From an uncultured Gemmatimonadales bacterium (lineage in GTDB: Bacteria > Gemmatimonadota > Gemmatimonadetes > Gemmatimonadales > Gemmatimonadaceae): a stretch of DNA of 64,000 bases. Made by a program: the position numbers and the translations under genes. The DNA lies in assembly GCA_963851265.1 (NCBI GenBank), contig CAWKNZ010000003.1, positions 1-64,000 on the forward strand, in the 5' to 3' direction. The notes beneath the pieces are model-generated. The model did not search any database, was not told the DNA's origin, and saw only the letters and a program-made list of their open reading frames with translations. Positions 1 through 9,823 of the stretch are shown here, in pieces (the first letter of the stretch is position 1; each line of letters opens with the position of its first letter).

Positions 1-33
1 CAGACCTCTGCCTTACCACTTGGCTACGGTGCC
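1..33 (-). tRNA. tRNA-Cys, 5' half (truncated by the window edge at the anticodon)
   Basis: Reverse complement reads GGCACCG-TA-GCC-AAGT-GGT-AA-GGC-A-GAGGT-CT-G: acceptor strand, short D-arm typical of tRNA-Cys, anticodon stem, then the first anticodon base G. The rest lies outside the window. Confidence 0.85.
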
Positions 34-119
34 CTAGCCGGCGGCGCGCCACCGGAGGAACCCAAGATCACTCCCCCTTCCGGCCCCGGCAACCCCCGCG
101 GCGCGCATGCGCGCCGCGG

Positions 120-725
120 TCAGCCCGTGCTCGCACCCGCGGGCCCGCCGGCGCGCACCACGTCGGCGAACACGCCTTCGTAGTATCCGACCGCGTCGGT
201 GTCGGTCTCGCCGGCGGCAGGCGCGGCGTCGGCGAAGGCGTCGCACATGCCGGCCGTACCACCCTCGGTACGCTCCCAACGCGACAGCGCGCGGGCGCAC
301 GCGGCGGCGTTGTCGACGAACAGGCGCGTGAGCGCGTCGGCTCGGTCGCGCACCAGCGCGTCGCCCGCGCGCGAGTCGGCGTCGGCTCGTGCGGTGACCT
401 CGTCCACCAACTCGCGCACGAGAGTGACGCTGCGACAGGCGAGCAGCATCTCGGCGAGTGCCGCGGGCGGTGTGAGCCGCCCGTCGAGGCAGCGGACCAG
501 GGCGTGACGTGCCGCAGAGGGGGCGAGCTCCGCCGTCAACCGCTCGACGAGCTCGCCCTCGACGCCTTCGCGACCCGGCCGGTCGCGGTGCAGCTCACGC
601 CGTGCAGCGTGTCCTGCCTCGAAGCTCGCCATGCCGGCGTTCGCGCGCACAGCGCGTGCCGGGCCGATCGGACCGTGCTTCGCCCGCGAGCCGTTCCGCG
701 TGGGAACCGGCTCGCGGGCGGTCAC
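120..725 (-). CDS. Hypothetical protein (start GTG 725 or ATG 632)
   Basis: ORF directly abuts the MCP stop codon and has globular-protein composition. No family recognised. Confidence 0.6.
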   Translation of the reverse strand: MTAREPVPTRNGSRAKHGPIGPARAVRANAGMASFEAGHAARRELHRDRPGREGVEGELVERLTAELAPSAARHALVRCLDGRLTPPAALAEMLLACRSVTLVRELVDEVTARADADSRAGDALVRDRADALTRLFVDNAAACARALSRWERTEGGTAGMCDAFADAAPAAGETDTDAVGYYEGVFADVVRAGGPAGASTG

Positions 726-2873
726 TCAGAACTCTTCGAGGACGGCCAGATCTCGCTCGCCAGCGGCAGGCGTCGTCTCCCGAGCGTCCGACCAGGCAGC
801 GACGGGGACGCGCGATGGCGGCACGGCCGCCCTTGCGCGCGTCGGAGCCGGCGCGGAGGCGTGCGGCGCCGTCACCGGCGGCGTGACGCGCACCGGAGCC
901 GAGATCTCCACCTCGGCGTCGTCGGCGAACGAATCACTCAACCGGAACGTCGCCACGAGGCGCCGCATTCCCTCCGACTCGCTCGAGAGTTCGACCGCCG
1001 CGCTCGACGACTGCTCGGCGCTCCCCGCCACCTGCTGCGTCACGCCGTTCATCGAGACCAGACCCGAGTTGATCTGTGCGACGCCGAGATCCTGCTGCTC
1101 GCTCGACGCCGAGATGTCTGCCATCACCTCGCCCACCGAATTGACGTCGGCGTTGATCTGCCGGAGGCGCTCCATCACCTCGCCGTTGAGTGCGACGCCC
1201 GCGTCGGCGTTCCGCACACTCGCCTCGATGAGCGTCCCCGTCTCGCGCGCCGCCTGGGCGGAGCGCTGCGCGAGCGCGCGCACTTCCTCGGCCACGACGG
1301 CGAAGCCGCGCCCGGCGTCGCCCGCCCGCGCCGCTTCGACCGCGGCGTTCAGGGCGAGGAGATTGGTTTGGAACGCGATCTCGTCGATCGTCCGCACGAT
1401 GCGCGCGGTGCGGTCGGCGCTCTCCTTGATGCGGCTGACCGCCTCGCTCAGCTCCTGCATGCTCGCCACCCCGGCGGCCGCGCCCGAGCGGGCATTCTCC
1501 GCCATCCCACGCGCGTGGCGGGCGTTGTCGGCGTTCTGCTTCGCGGCCGCGCCGAGTTGCTGAAGCGAGGCGCTGATCTCTTCGAGCGCCGCCGCCTGCT
1601 GCGACGATCCCTGGGCGAGCGCACCGCTGCCCGCCGCGATCTCGCCGCTCGCACCGGCCACCTGCTCAGCCGACGTCGCCACCTGCGCGAGTGCCTCGTC
1701 CAGATTGGCGACCGCGGCGTTGAAGCTGTCCTGCAACTGCACGAACTCGCCGTGGAACGCGCCCGTCATCCGCACGCTGAGGTCACGGTCGGCCACGCGG
1801 GTGAGCAACTCGGTGACGGTAGCCGTCGGCCCGCCGAGTTCGGTGAGCATGTCGTTCATCGCGACCATCATCTCGCGGTACGTGCCGCGGAACTGCTCGG
1901 CGTCAGTCCGCATGCCGAGTTCGCCGCCGCGCAGCGCGCTGACGACGGCGGTGACCTCGCGGACGAGCGTGCGCAGCGTGCCCTGCACCTCGGCGAACGA
2001 GCGGGACAGCACGTCCTGCGGCGACCGCGGGACGACTTCGACGCTCACGTCGCCTTCGGCGAGGCGCCCCGCCGCGCGCGCGATCTCCGCCTGCGCGGCA
2101 ACGATGCCGCGGAACGACTCCGCGAGCTCGCCGAGTTCGTCGCGCGATTCCACCACGACCGTGAGGTCGAGATCACCCTCCGCCAGGCGCCGCATCTTGT
2201 CGGCGATCTCACGCATCGGGGCGGCGATCCGGCGCCCGATGCGCGAGGCGAACACGACCCCGAGCGCGATGCACAGCGCGATCGCGACCACGACGCTCCA
2301 CGTCGCGGCGCGGTACGTCGACGCCCCCGCGGCGAGCTGACGCTTCGCCCCTTCCTCCGCCGCGTCGACGATGCGGCCGAGCGACGCGCCGATCCGGTCG
2401 TACTGCTCCTGCGACGTTCCGCCGAGGAGTGCGAGGGCACTCTTGCTATCACCCTTCCGGCCGGCGGCGACCACCGCGAGGCTCGTCTGCTGGTAGTCGC
2501 GCCACGCCGCCGTGAAGCTCGCGAACGCGGCCGAGTCGTCGTGCGTCGCGAGCTGCGCGGAGAGGCGCTTCGCCGCCTGCGTGACTTCGTCACGGTGCGA
2601 GTCCATTTCGGCTCCGTACCCGTCGCGGTCGGCCGCGGACGGCGAGAGCACGAGAAGCGCTTCCGCATTCCGGTACTCGGCCACGGCCTTGCCCATCGCG
2701 AGCGAGTGCCGCACGCTCGGCAGCCAGTGCGCGCCGACGTCCACGGACGCCGCGTTCACGCGGCTCACGCTCTTGAGCGAGTACAGCCCGAGCGCGGTCG
2801 TGAGCGTGAGGATGACCGCAAAGGCCAGGGCGAGCTTGCGGGCGAGTCGGAGATCGGCGAACCAACGCATCAT
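726..2873 (-). CDS. Methyl-accepting chemotaxis protein (4-helix sensor, HAMPs, MA domain)
   Basis: Two TM segments, HAMP repeats, [34 protein letters not shown] signature, C-terminal VLEEF pentapeptide-like tail. Confidence 0.97.
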   Translation of the reverse strand: MMRWFADLRLARKLALAFAVILTLTTALGLYSLKSVSRVNAASVDVGAHWLPSVRHSLAMGKAVAEYRNAEALLVLSPSAADRDGYGAEMDSHRDEVTQAAKRLSAQLATHDDSAAFASFTAAWRDYQQTSLAVVAAGRKGDSKSALALLGGTSQEQYDRIGASLGRIVDAAEEGAKRQLAAGASTYRAATWSVVVAIALCIALGVVFASRIGRRIAAPMREIADKMRRLAEGDLDLTVVVESRDELGELAESFRGIVAAQAEIARAAGRLAEGDVSVEVVPRSPQDVLSRSFAEVQGTLRTLVREVTAVVSALRGGELGMRTDAEQFRGTYREMMVAMNDMLTELGGPTATVTELLTRVADRDLSVRMTGAFHGEFVQLQDSFNAAVANLDEALAQVATSAEQVAGASGEIAAGSGALAQGSSQQAAALEEISASLQQLGAAAKQNADNARHARGMAENARSGAAAGVASMQELSEAVSRIKESADRTARIVRTIDEIAFQTNLLALNAAVEAARAGDAGRGFAVVAEEVRALAQRSAQAARETGTLIEASVRNADAGVALNGEVMERLRQINADVNSVGEVMADISASSEQQDLGVAQINSGLVSMNGVTQQVAGSAEQSSSAAVELSSESEGMRRLVATFRLSDSFADDAEVEISAPVRVTPPVTAPHASAPAPTRARAAVPPSRVPVAAWSDARETTPAAGERDLAVLEEF

Positions 2874-2936
2874 CGGCCAGAAAGGGGGCGGAGGGTGCAA
2901 CGCGGGTAACGGGTGCAGCGCGGACGCGGGCGGCGA

Positions 2937-2964
2937 TCATCGGCGACGGTCGGGACGCGCGTGA
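2937..2964 (-). promoter_or_regulatory. Possible sigma28 (FliA)-type promoter of the MCP
   Basis: GCCGATGA -10-like box upstream of the MCP. The -35 (TCAC, 16-nt spacer) is a poor match. Confidence 0.3.
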
Positions 2965-3015
2965 CGTGACCCGACCGCACGGCCCACGGGGCGGAGTGCC
3001 GCCGAGGCACCGACC

Positions 3016-3753
3016 GTGCACGGGGCCGGTTCGTTCACCGCACACGTGCCGACCCTGCCTCCGCTTCCCCCGCCCGCGTCGCAGCCGTTCGACGTCGACG
3101 TCGCGCTCGCCCGCGTGGGCGAGGCGATCACGCCGTACGCGCCCGCCGCGATGTTCGCACTTCGCGACGGAGACGACGCACACCCCGGATACGGCACACT
3201 CTTTCAGCAGCTGGTCGCGTGCATCCTGTCCATCCGGACGTACGACGAGGTCTCGCTACCCGTCGCGCGGCGCCTGTTCGCGCGTGCCGCGACGCCGGCC
3301 GATGTGGCGGCGCTGCCGGAGGGGGAGATCGCCGACCTGATCGCCGAGTCGTCGTTCGCCCCGGCCAAGGCTCGGCAGATCGTCGCGATCGCCGTGCGGA
3401 CGGTGAACGAGTTCGGCGGGACGCTCCCGGCCGACGACGTCGTCCTGCAGTCGTTCGCGGGCGTCGGCCCCAAGTGCGCACACCTCGCACTCGGGGTGGC
3501 GCTCGGGGCGCCGTACATCTCGGTGGACGTGCACGTCCACCGCGTAACCAATCGGTGGGGCTACGTCGCGGCCGCCACGCCCGAGAAGACGCTCGCCGCG
3601 CTCGAGCGGGTACTCCCCGCGCGGTGGTGGGTGGAGATCAACCGGCGCCTCGTCCCGTTCGGGAAACACGTGTGCACCGGCGTGCGGCCGCGGTGTTCGG
3701 GGTGTCCGGTGCTGGACATGTGCGCGAGGGTGGGCGTCACCTCGCACCGTTGA
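3016..3753 (+). CDS. nth: Endonuclease III (HhH-GPD glycosylase with 4Fe-4S cluster)
   Basis: HhH GVGPKCA, VDVHVHR, and C-terminal C-x6-C-x2-C-x5-C motif. Confidence 0.93.
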   Translation: MHGAGSFTAHVPTLPPLPPPASQPFDVDVALARVGEAITPYAPAAMFALRDGDDAHPGYGTLFQQLVACILSIRTYDEVSLPVARRLFARAATPADVAALPEGEIADLIAESSFAPAKARQIVAIAVRTVNEFGGTLPADDVVLQSFAGVGPKCAHLALGVALGAPYISVDVHVHRVTNRWGYVAAATPEKTLAALERVLPARWWVEINRRLVPFGKHVCTGVRPRCSGCPVLDMCARVGVTSHR

Positions 3754-3783
3754 TGGCGTTCGCGGCCTCGAGCGGGTGACCCA

Positions 3784-3833
3784 CCGCGGGCCCGGGACCG
3801 GCCGAGGATGCTGGGCCGGTTCCGGGCCCGCGG
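3784..3833. terminator. 20-bp hairpin between convergent genes
   Basis: CCGCGGGCCCGGGACCGGCC / GGCCGGTTCCGGGCCCGCGG with one G-U pair and a 10-nt loop. Confidence 0.7.
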
Positions 3834-3854
3834 CGAAGCGGGGCTACGCGCGAA

Positions 3855-4667
3855 TTACGCGGCGGCGAACTCTTCCGCCGCGCCCATGAAGTCGCGGAAC
3901 AGGTGCCGCGTGAACGGATCGTGCACCTCGAACACCTCGGGATGCCACTGCACCCCGACCATGAACGCGTCGCGGTCCGCCTCGACGGCCTCGACGACCC
4001 CGTCGGGCGCGTAGGCCGATACCACGAGCCCCTCGCCCAGACGCTTCACCGACTGGTGGTGCATGCTGTTGACCGGCACCGAAGGCCGCGGCATTGCGGC
4101 GTGCAGGCGCGTCGCAGCGGCGAGCTCGACCTCGTGCGCGTGGTGCGTGCGCGCGAAGCCCTTGGTCGGGTAGCAGTCGTGCATCAGCGTCTCGCCACCC
4201 TTCGGGTCGTGCCACTGCGTCGGGATGTCCTGCCAGAGCGAACCACCGCGGGCGACGTTGATGACCTGCGCGCCGCGGCAGAGGCCGAGCACCGGCATGC
4301 CGTCCTCCCACGCCCAGCGGACGAGCTGCAGTTCGACGGCATCGCGGGCCGGGTCGAGGCGGCCGGTCTCCGGAACGACGGCCTCGCCGTACGTTTCGGG
4401 ATCCATGTCGACGCCGCCCGGGATCAAGATCCCGTCGAGGTTCTCGTAGATCGAGCGGAGCGTGTCGACGTCGTCGTGGAACAGGGGGATCATCCACGGC
4501 GCGGCGCCAATCTCGACGACCGCGCGGAAGTAGCGCTGATTCATCACCCAGCTTTCCGGCAACCCCTCGGGGATGCCGGCTATTGCGTGCAACGTCTGCG
4601 TCGTGACGCCGATGATCGGGCGCGCCTTGGCGCGGCGCACGGGTCGGGTCGGAGCGAACAGAGCCAT
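3855..4667 (-). CDS. Gamma-glutamyl-gamma-aminobutyrate hydrolase family (peptidase C26, class I GATase)
   Basis: PGGVDMDP, LGLCRGAQ nucleophile, NSMHHQ, GVQWHPE. GAGGT RBS precedes ATG 4667. Confidence 0.93.
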   Translation of the reverse strand: MALFAPTRPVRRAKARPIIGVTTQTLHAIAGIPEGLPESWVMNQRYFRAVVEIGAAPWMIPLFHDDVDTLRSIYENLDGILIPGGVDMDPETYGEAVVPETGRLDPARDAVELQLVRWAWEDGMPVLGLCRGAQVINVARGGSLWQDIPTQWHDPKGGETLMHDCYPTKGFARTHHAHEVELAAATRLHAAMPRPSVPVNSMHHQSVKRLGEGLVVSAYAPDGVVEAVEADRDAFMVGVQWHPEVFEVHDPFTRHLFRDFMGAAEEFAAA

Positions 4668-4821
4668 CGTATGTACCTCACGGCGCAACCCCGCGCGCAT
4701 GGTCGGCGCGAAACGGCGCGGTCTGGAGTGTCGAGCGAAAACGGACAGAAGGACGCGGCGGCAGGCCGGGCCAACGACCCGCCTGCCGCCGCGCACCCGA
4801 AAGTTACGCGATTTCTGACGT

Positions 4822-4841
4822 TACTGACGTGTCAGTCAGTA
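4822..4841. promoter_or_regulatory. Palindromic operator candidate TACTGAC-N6-GTCAGTA
   Basis: Perfect 7-6-7 inverted repeat (nested ACTGAC-N2-GTCAGT) in an AT-rich patch upstream of the C26 gene. Confidence 0.5.
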
Positions 4842-4846
4842 CACCG

Positions 4847-6154
4847 TCACGGCAAACTCGGTGCCGGCCGCCCGATTTCCTGATCGCCAATGCGGATGCT
4901 GGGCGTGACGTCGCTGCGCCGGTCGAGATTCCCGCCCGTCGGCGCGCGTCGGTCGATCCGGCGGTCGCTGCCGCTCACCCGCCGGTCGACGCGCGCCTCA
5001 CGGCGCTCCTCGACCGGTGCCGTCGGGCGCAGTTCGGAGCGGGGGATCGGCGTCACGCCTTCGGCCGTCTCGGCAATGATCTGGTCGACCACCGCGTGCA
5101 GGCTGCCCGTGCGCTCGAACGTGGCGAGCTGCCGGTCGGCGCTCGAGCCCTCGTCGAGGATGCGGTACGCGTACTCGACTTCCTTCCGCGTGCCGAGCTC
5201 GTCGACCACGTCGCCCAGGAACCAGTCGATGAACTCGCGGATGAGTTCGGGGGCGGGCTTCTCCTCACGCTTGCCGAAGTCGATCATGTTGCCGCCGAGC
5301 CCGAAGCGCATCGCGCGCCACTTGTTCTCGTCGATGAGCCGCGACGAATAGTCCCGAAACGTCAGGTTGTCGCGGCGCATCTTCCAGAGCTTGAACACGA
5401 GGGCCTGGATGATCGCCGCGACGCAGACGGCCTCGTCGACGCGCGTGCACGCGTCGCACAGGCGGAACTCGAGCGTCGGATACTTGAAGTGCGGCCGCGC
5501 GTCCCACCAGATCTTCGACCCGTCGGGGATGGATCCCACCTCGATGAGCGCGTCGATGTACTCCTGGTATTCCGACCACCCCGAGAGCCGCGTCGGAATG
5601 CCGGTGCGCGGGAAGCCGCGGAAGACGGTCGATCGGTAGCTCTTGAGCCCGGTGTTTCGGCCGATCCAGAATGGCGAGCTGGTGGTGAGCGCGAGCAGGT
5701 GGGGAAGGAAGTAGCGGGCGACGTTGAGTGCGTCGATCGCGAACTCCTTGTCCTCGATCCCGACGTGCACGTGCATGCCGAAGATCAGCAGTCGTTGCGC
5801 GAGATCGCCCATGTCGCGCCGCACGCCCTCGTAGCGCTCGAGCTGGGTGATGTCCTGCTCCCACCACGTCGAGAACGGGTGGCTCCCGGCGGACGCGATC
5901 GTCAGCCCACCTTCCGCGACGAGTCCCGTCACCGCGCCGCGCAGGCGGACCAACTCCTCGCGCACCTCTGCCGGCGTGTTGCAGGGCTTCGTCCCGACCT
6001 CGACGATGCTCTGGTGCAATTCGGGCTTCATCTGCACGTCGCCGGGCAGTTCGTGCTCCATGATCCGCCCGATGTAGCTCTTGAGCGCGCGCGTGTTCGG
6101 GTCGACGATCTGGTACTCCTCTTCGACTCCGAGGGTCAGGGAGGGTGGCTTCAT
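4847..6154 (-). CDS. Carboxylate-amine ligase, YbdK/GCS2 family
   Basis: TLGVEEEYQIVD, GMHVHVG, SSPFW, IWWDARPH, TLEFRLCD motifs; extra Arg-rich C-terminal tail. Confidence 0.95.
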   Translation of the reverse strand: MKPPSLTLGVEEEYQIVDPNTRALKSYIGRIMEHELPGDVQMKPELHQSIVEVGTKPCNTPAEVREELVRLRGAVTGLVAEGGLTIASAGSHPFSTWWEQDITQLERYEGVRRDMGDLAQRLLIFGMHVHVGIEDKEFAIDALNVARYFLPHLLALTTSSPFWIGRNTGLKSYRSTVFRGFPRTGIPTRLSGWSEYQEYIDALIEVGSIPDGSKIWWDARPHFKYPTLEFRLCDACTRVDEAVCVAAIIQALVFKLWKMRRDNLTFRDYSSRLIDENKWRAMRFGLGGNMIDFGKREEKPAPELIREFIDWFLGDVVDELGTRKEVEYAYRILDEGSSADRQLATFERTGSLHAVVDQIIAETAEGVTPIPRSELRPTAPVEERREARVDRRVSGSDRRIDRRAPTGGNLDRRSDVTPSIRIGDQEIGRPAPSLP

Positions 6155-6236
6155 ACGCGGACCTCGGCGGGGGGGGAGGGCGAGGGCTGAACAGCGGTGT
6201 CCGGCAGGCTGCTGTTACGTAAACCGTGCCAGGAGT

Positions 6237-7664
6237 TCACCGCGGGAGTACCACGAAATTGGGGACCTGCGATCCACCGCCGGCCGTCACATTGAGGAGT
6301 GCGTCCGTGGACAGCCGCGTCAGCACCCCTTCCATGGCGACGCCGTCGGTGACGTACGGCGCCGTGTCGATGAGGCGGTCGAGCAGGTGCACCTCGCCGT
6401 CGACCACACTCGGGTACGCCTCGAACGGGATGGCGACGCGTTGCTGGACCACGTACGGCTCGGCCAGCGCGCGGGCGACGGCCCGCTCCCAGTCGCCCTG
6501 GTCGACGGTCCAGCCGAGGACGATGCCGGTGCCCCCGTATTCGTCGTTGGGTTTGAGAACGAAGCGCTCGCGGTTCGCGGTGAGGTGCGGCACGAGGTCG
6601 ACGGCCTGCCCGTCGTGCACGGTGCGGCGTTCCTCGACGACGCGCGTCCACGGAATCCCGTCGGCGATCGCGGCGCGCGCCGCGTCGTCGAAGAGGCCGG
6701 CGTTGCGTTCGTCCGAGAGCACCGCGAGCGACGCCTTCTTGTGCAGGATCTTGCCGTCGGGCGGGTTGACCATGCACACGGCACCGGCCTGCCACGCGCG
6801 CAGCACGTCGGCGTCGGCGCCTGCGCGCTCGACGAGTTCGCTCAGCAGCACGCGCTTGTAGATCACGTCCACCGGTGCGCCGCCGAGGCCCAGATCGCCG
6901 TCGCGGTACTCCGCCGCGCGCGGGTCGGCGATGACGCAGTCGACCCCCTGGGCGCGGAAGAACGCCTGGAACATGAGGAATTCCTGACGCGTGGGCACGT
7001 CGTCCCAGTCCAGGATGGCCACGCGCGGCGCGACGCCGCGGGTCGGGCGCCCCGCCCCATCGGCCCACCGCCGCCAGGCGCCGAGCACGGCTTCGACGAT
7101 GCCGTAGTGGGCGAAGATGGGAAGCGCGTGCCAGCGGCGGACGAACGCGCGCATCGCCGGCAGTTCGAGGAAGGTGTCGGTGAGCGTGTCGTTGAACCCC
7201 GCGCCCGCGGGCGTCTCGCCGTTGACCTCGGTGAGGGCGAAGGTACCGCCGTCGCCGGCGTCGTCGACGATGAACGCGTCGAGGCGTGCCGTGGGACTCG
7301 AGATCGCCGCGCGCGGGCCGGTGGTGAGGAGCGACTCCTCCCATTCGGCGAGGCGGAACTGCGCGCGCAGCGCCGGGTCGGCCATCGCGGCCCGGTGCGC
7401 GGTGTTGAACGCGTGCATGAGGCCCGCGATACGCCGGCCGAGCGCGGCGTACTGGGCCGGCGTGAAGAAGCGCGGGCGGACGACGGTGCAGAGGCGGCGC
7501 GTGCCGAAGATCAGCCCGCGGCGTCCGAGCGCCGTTTCGAGTGCCCCCTCGGTGTCGGCGGCGAGCTGCGCCCCCGCCGACCCCTCGAGCAGGGCGTGGT
7601 ACGCGCCGATGGCGTCGGCCGGGGCGGGCGTCGCGGGGGCGCGGCGCGGGGGCGCTCCGCTCAC
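6237..7664 (-). CDS. Circularly permuted ATP-grasp ligase (glutathionylspermidine synthase-like)
   Basis: RLD...EVNGETPAG near the N-terminus, VLKPNDEYGGTGIVLG, YVVQQRV, NVTAGGG near the C-terminus. Confidence 0.85.
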   Translation of the reverse strand: MSGAPPRRAPATPAPADAIGAYHALLEGSAGAQLAADTEGALETALGRRGLIFGTRRLCTVVRPRFFTPAQYAALGRRIAGLMHAFNTAHRAAMADPALRAQFRLAEWEESLLTTGPRAAISSPTARLDAFIVDDAGDGGTFALTEVNGETPAGAGFNDTLTDTFLELPAMRAFVRRWHALPIFAHYGIVEAVLGAWRRWADGAGRPTRGVAPRVAILDWDDVPTRQEFLMFQAFFRAQGVDCVIADPRAAEYRDGDLGLGGAPVDVIYKRVLLSELVERAGADADVLRAWQAGAVCMVNPPDGKILHKKASLAVLSDERNAGLFDDAARAAIADGIPWTRVVEERRTVHDGQAVDLVPHLTANRERFVLKPNDEYGGTGIVLGWTVDQGDWERAVARALAEPYVVQQRVAIPFEAYPSVVDGEVHLLDRLIDTAPYVTDGVAMEGVLTRLSTDALLNVTAGGGSQVPNFVVLPR

Positions 7665-7674
7665 GGGGCGGTCC

Positions 7675-9078
7675 TCACGCCGGCGCGCCCCCGAAGAGCG
7701 ACGACCACGCCGGCTCGACCGCGCGGTGACCGCCGTCGCGCACGGCCTTGGCCATGCGCACCGCCATGTCGGCCATGTGCTCGACCACCCACTCGAAGTA
7801 CGTCGGGGTGAGCGAGTAGATGTCCATGTCGGGCGCGGGGTTCATGAAGTCGATGGCGTACGGAACGCCGCCGCGGATCGCGAACTCCATCGAGTTCATG
7901 TCGTAGCCTAACGCATGGCAGAGCGCGCGGGCGTCGCGCACGATCTTGGCGCCGAGCTGCGGGCTGAGGTGCGCGTGGTCGACGATGTACTTGCGCTGCT
8001 TGGGGTCGTACTTCATCGGGAGCACCTCGTCGCGGCCGATCACTAGGCAGCGCACGAAGTGCTCGAACTCGATGAACTCCTGCACGATCATGGTGAGGAG
8101 CCCCGAGGTGTTGTAATTGTGGAGCAGCTCCTGGGGCGTGCGGCAGACGTAGACCTCCTTCCAGCCGCCGCCGTGCGCGTCCTTGAGGATGCACGGCATG
8201 CCGATGTAGTCGATGATACCCTGCCAGTCGAGCGGGTACTCGAGGTTGCGGAGCGACTCGCTCGGGACGATGCCCGGCACGTACTCGCGGTTGGGCAGGA
8301 CCACCGTCTTGGGCGACGCGACGCCCAGCCGGTCGGCGAGCGACGCGCCGAAGAACTTGTCGTCGGCGCTCCACATGAAGGGGTTGTTGACCACCGCGGC
8401 GCCGCGCAGCGCGGCCTGCTTGAGGTACGTGCGGTAGGTGGGCACCTCGTGTGAGATGCGGTCGATGAGCAGGTCGTACGCGGGCGGGTCGTCGAAGCGG
8501 GGCGCGCCGATCTTCGCGTACTCCGCGACGACGCCGGCGTCGCGGCGCTCGACCGCCTTGAAGAACTCGGGCGGGAAGGACCACTCGCGTCCGACGAAGA
8601 GGCCGACGCGCGCGTCGCGCGTGGGCGTGTGGACGGCCGGCGCGGGGGCGCCGATCGGTGCGCTGACGCCACCGTCCTCGGTGACGAGGTTCTCGTCGGC
8701 GTCGGCGATCTCGACGGCGCTCGGCGCCTCGGGCGCCCGCATCTCGGGGATCCCCGCGGCCGTACCGCGCGCCGCCGACGCGCGCGCGCCCGGGTGCCCC
8801 GCTTCGGGCGCGGGCTCCGAGCCGGGCGCGTGGTCCGAGGTGCCCGGCGCGTACACGTCGGGCGCCTCGAAGTTGGGCGCGGGGCCGGTGCTCACCGCGC
8901 CCGCTGCCGCGTCGCTCGGCGCGCCGATGGGTGCGGCGATGGGCGTCCCGATCGGCTTCTCCCTGCCCGGCGCGTTCGGATCGCCCTCGGGGGTGAGCGG
9001 GCCGGTCGCGGCGGACGCGGCGGCGGACGACTTGGCGCCGACCTTCTTGATGCGAGGCTGCTTCTTCTTGTCGCTCAT
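7675..9078 (-). CDS. RimK/glutathione synthase-like ATP-grasp protein with a long Pro/Ala N-terminal extension
   Basis: DRISH, NNPF..ADDKF, ILKDAHGGGW, VQEFI, AIDFMNPAPD. Confidence 0.85.
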   Translation of the reverse strand: MSDKKKQPRIKKVGAKSSAAASAATGPLTPEGDPNAPGREKPIGTPIAAPIGAPSDAAAGAVSTGPAPNFEAPDVYAPGTSDHAPGSEPAPEAGHPGARASAARGTAAGIPEMRAPEAPSAVEIADADENLVTEDGGVSAPIGAPAPAVHTPTRDARVGLFVGREWSFPPEFFKAVERRDAGVVAEYAKIGAPRFDDPPAYDLLIDRISHEVPTYRTYLKQAALRGAAVVNNPFMWSADDKFFGASLADRLGVASPKTVVLPNREYVPGIVPSESLRNLEYPLDWQGIIDYIGMPCILKDAHGGGWKEVYVCRTPQELLHNYNTSGLLTMIVQEFIEFEHFVRCLVIGRDEVLPMKYDPKQRKYIVDHAHLSPQLGAKIVRDARALCHALGYDMNSMEFAIRGGVPYAIDFMNPAPDMDIYSLTPTYFEWVVEHMADMAVRMAKAVRDGGHRAVEPAWSSLFGGAPA

Positions 9079-9100
9079 CGGTCGAGAAGGGTGTGAGGGG

Positions 9101-9823
9101 TCAGTCGTGGCCGCCGACGTACATCCGGATCATGCGCTCCCACCACGGCCAGTCGTGGGCGAAGCCGCGCCACTCGCGGAGCGCGTTGCCGATGCCCTGC
9201 GACCAGAGGAGTCCGGAGAACGCGCGGTTGTTGTCGAGCGCGGGGTCGTCGAGGCCGATCGCCATGATGAGGTCCTGCCGGCGGTGGAGCGCGAGCTTGT
9301 CGCCGCTCATCGGCGCCGCGGCCAGCGCCATCGGGTTGACCTGGTCGACCGTGCCGTCGCGCTGGCCGTGCGTGAGTCGCAGGATGTCGTAGCTGCCGCT
9401 CATCCCCACGAGGCGGCGCACGACGTCGGGGTGGCGCATCGCGAACACGGCCGCGTCGTACGCGCCGAGCGAGGCGCCCGTGGCGATGATGAAGTCGTTG
9501 GGGTTACGCGAGTAGCTGAACGGAACGACTTCGTGGTAGACGTAGTTGTCGTACTGCAAGTGGCGCCACGCGCGCGCGCCGACGTGGAGGTCGCGGCGGT
9601 ACCAGCTCTCGTCGTGCACGTGGTGCAGGCAGTACATCTGCAGCCAGCCGTTTCGCAGATGGTCGCCCAGGACGTACTGCATGCGCCGGTCGGGCCACTC
9701 GTAGTACGTGCCCATGGACGTCGGGAAGACGAAGAGCTTCGCCCCGGCGTGGCCGTAGACGAGCAGGTCCATCGGCTTCCCGTCGAGGGCGGGGCTGTGC
9801 CAGCGGTGGTGTTCGGTGTGCAT
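9101..9823 (-). CDS. Esterase family alpha/beta hydrolase
   Basis: YGHAG...FPTSMG, GASLG nucleophile elbow, HDWPWW. ATG overlaps the upstream TGA (TGATG). Confidence 0.88.
   Translation of the reverse strand: MHTEHHRWHSPALDGKPMDLLVYGHAGAKLFVFPTSMGTYYEWPDRRMQYVLGDHLRNGWLQMYCLHHVHDESWYRRDLHVGARAWRHLQYDNYVYHEVVPFSYSRNPNDFIIATGASLGAYDAAVFAMRHPDVVRRLVGMSGSYDILRLTHGQRDGTVDQVNPMALAAAPMSGDKLALHRRQDLIMAIGLDDPALDNNRAFSGLLWSQGIGNALREWRGFAHDWPWWERMIRMYVGGHD

Noticed and set aside
1..120. tRNA as an integration site for an island
   Set aside because: Only the 5' half of the tRNA is in the window, and no integrase or att duplication is visible.
6216..6231. Sigma54-like TGGCACG upstream of the YbdK-like gene (- strand)
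   Set aside because: The -12 position reads ACGT, not TTGC.
6220..6245. TAAAC as a sixth ECF promoter
   Set aside because: It reads TAAACC, has no CGT at the required spacing, and points antisense into a gene.
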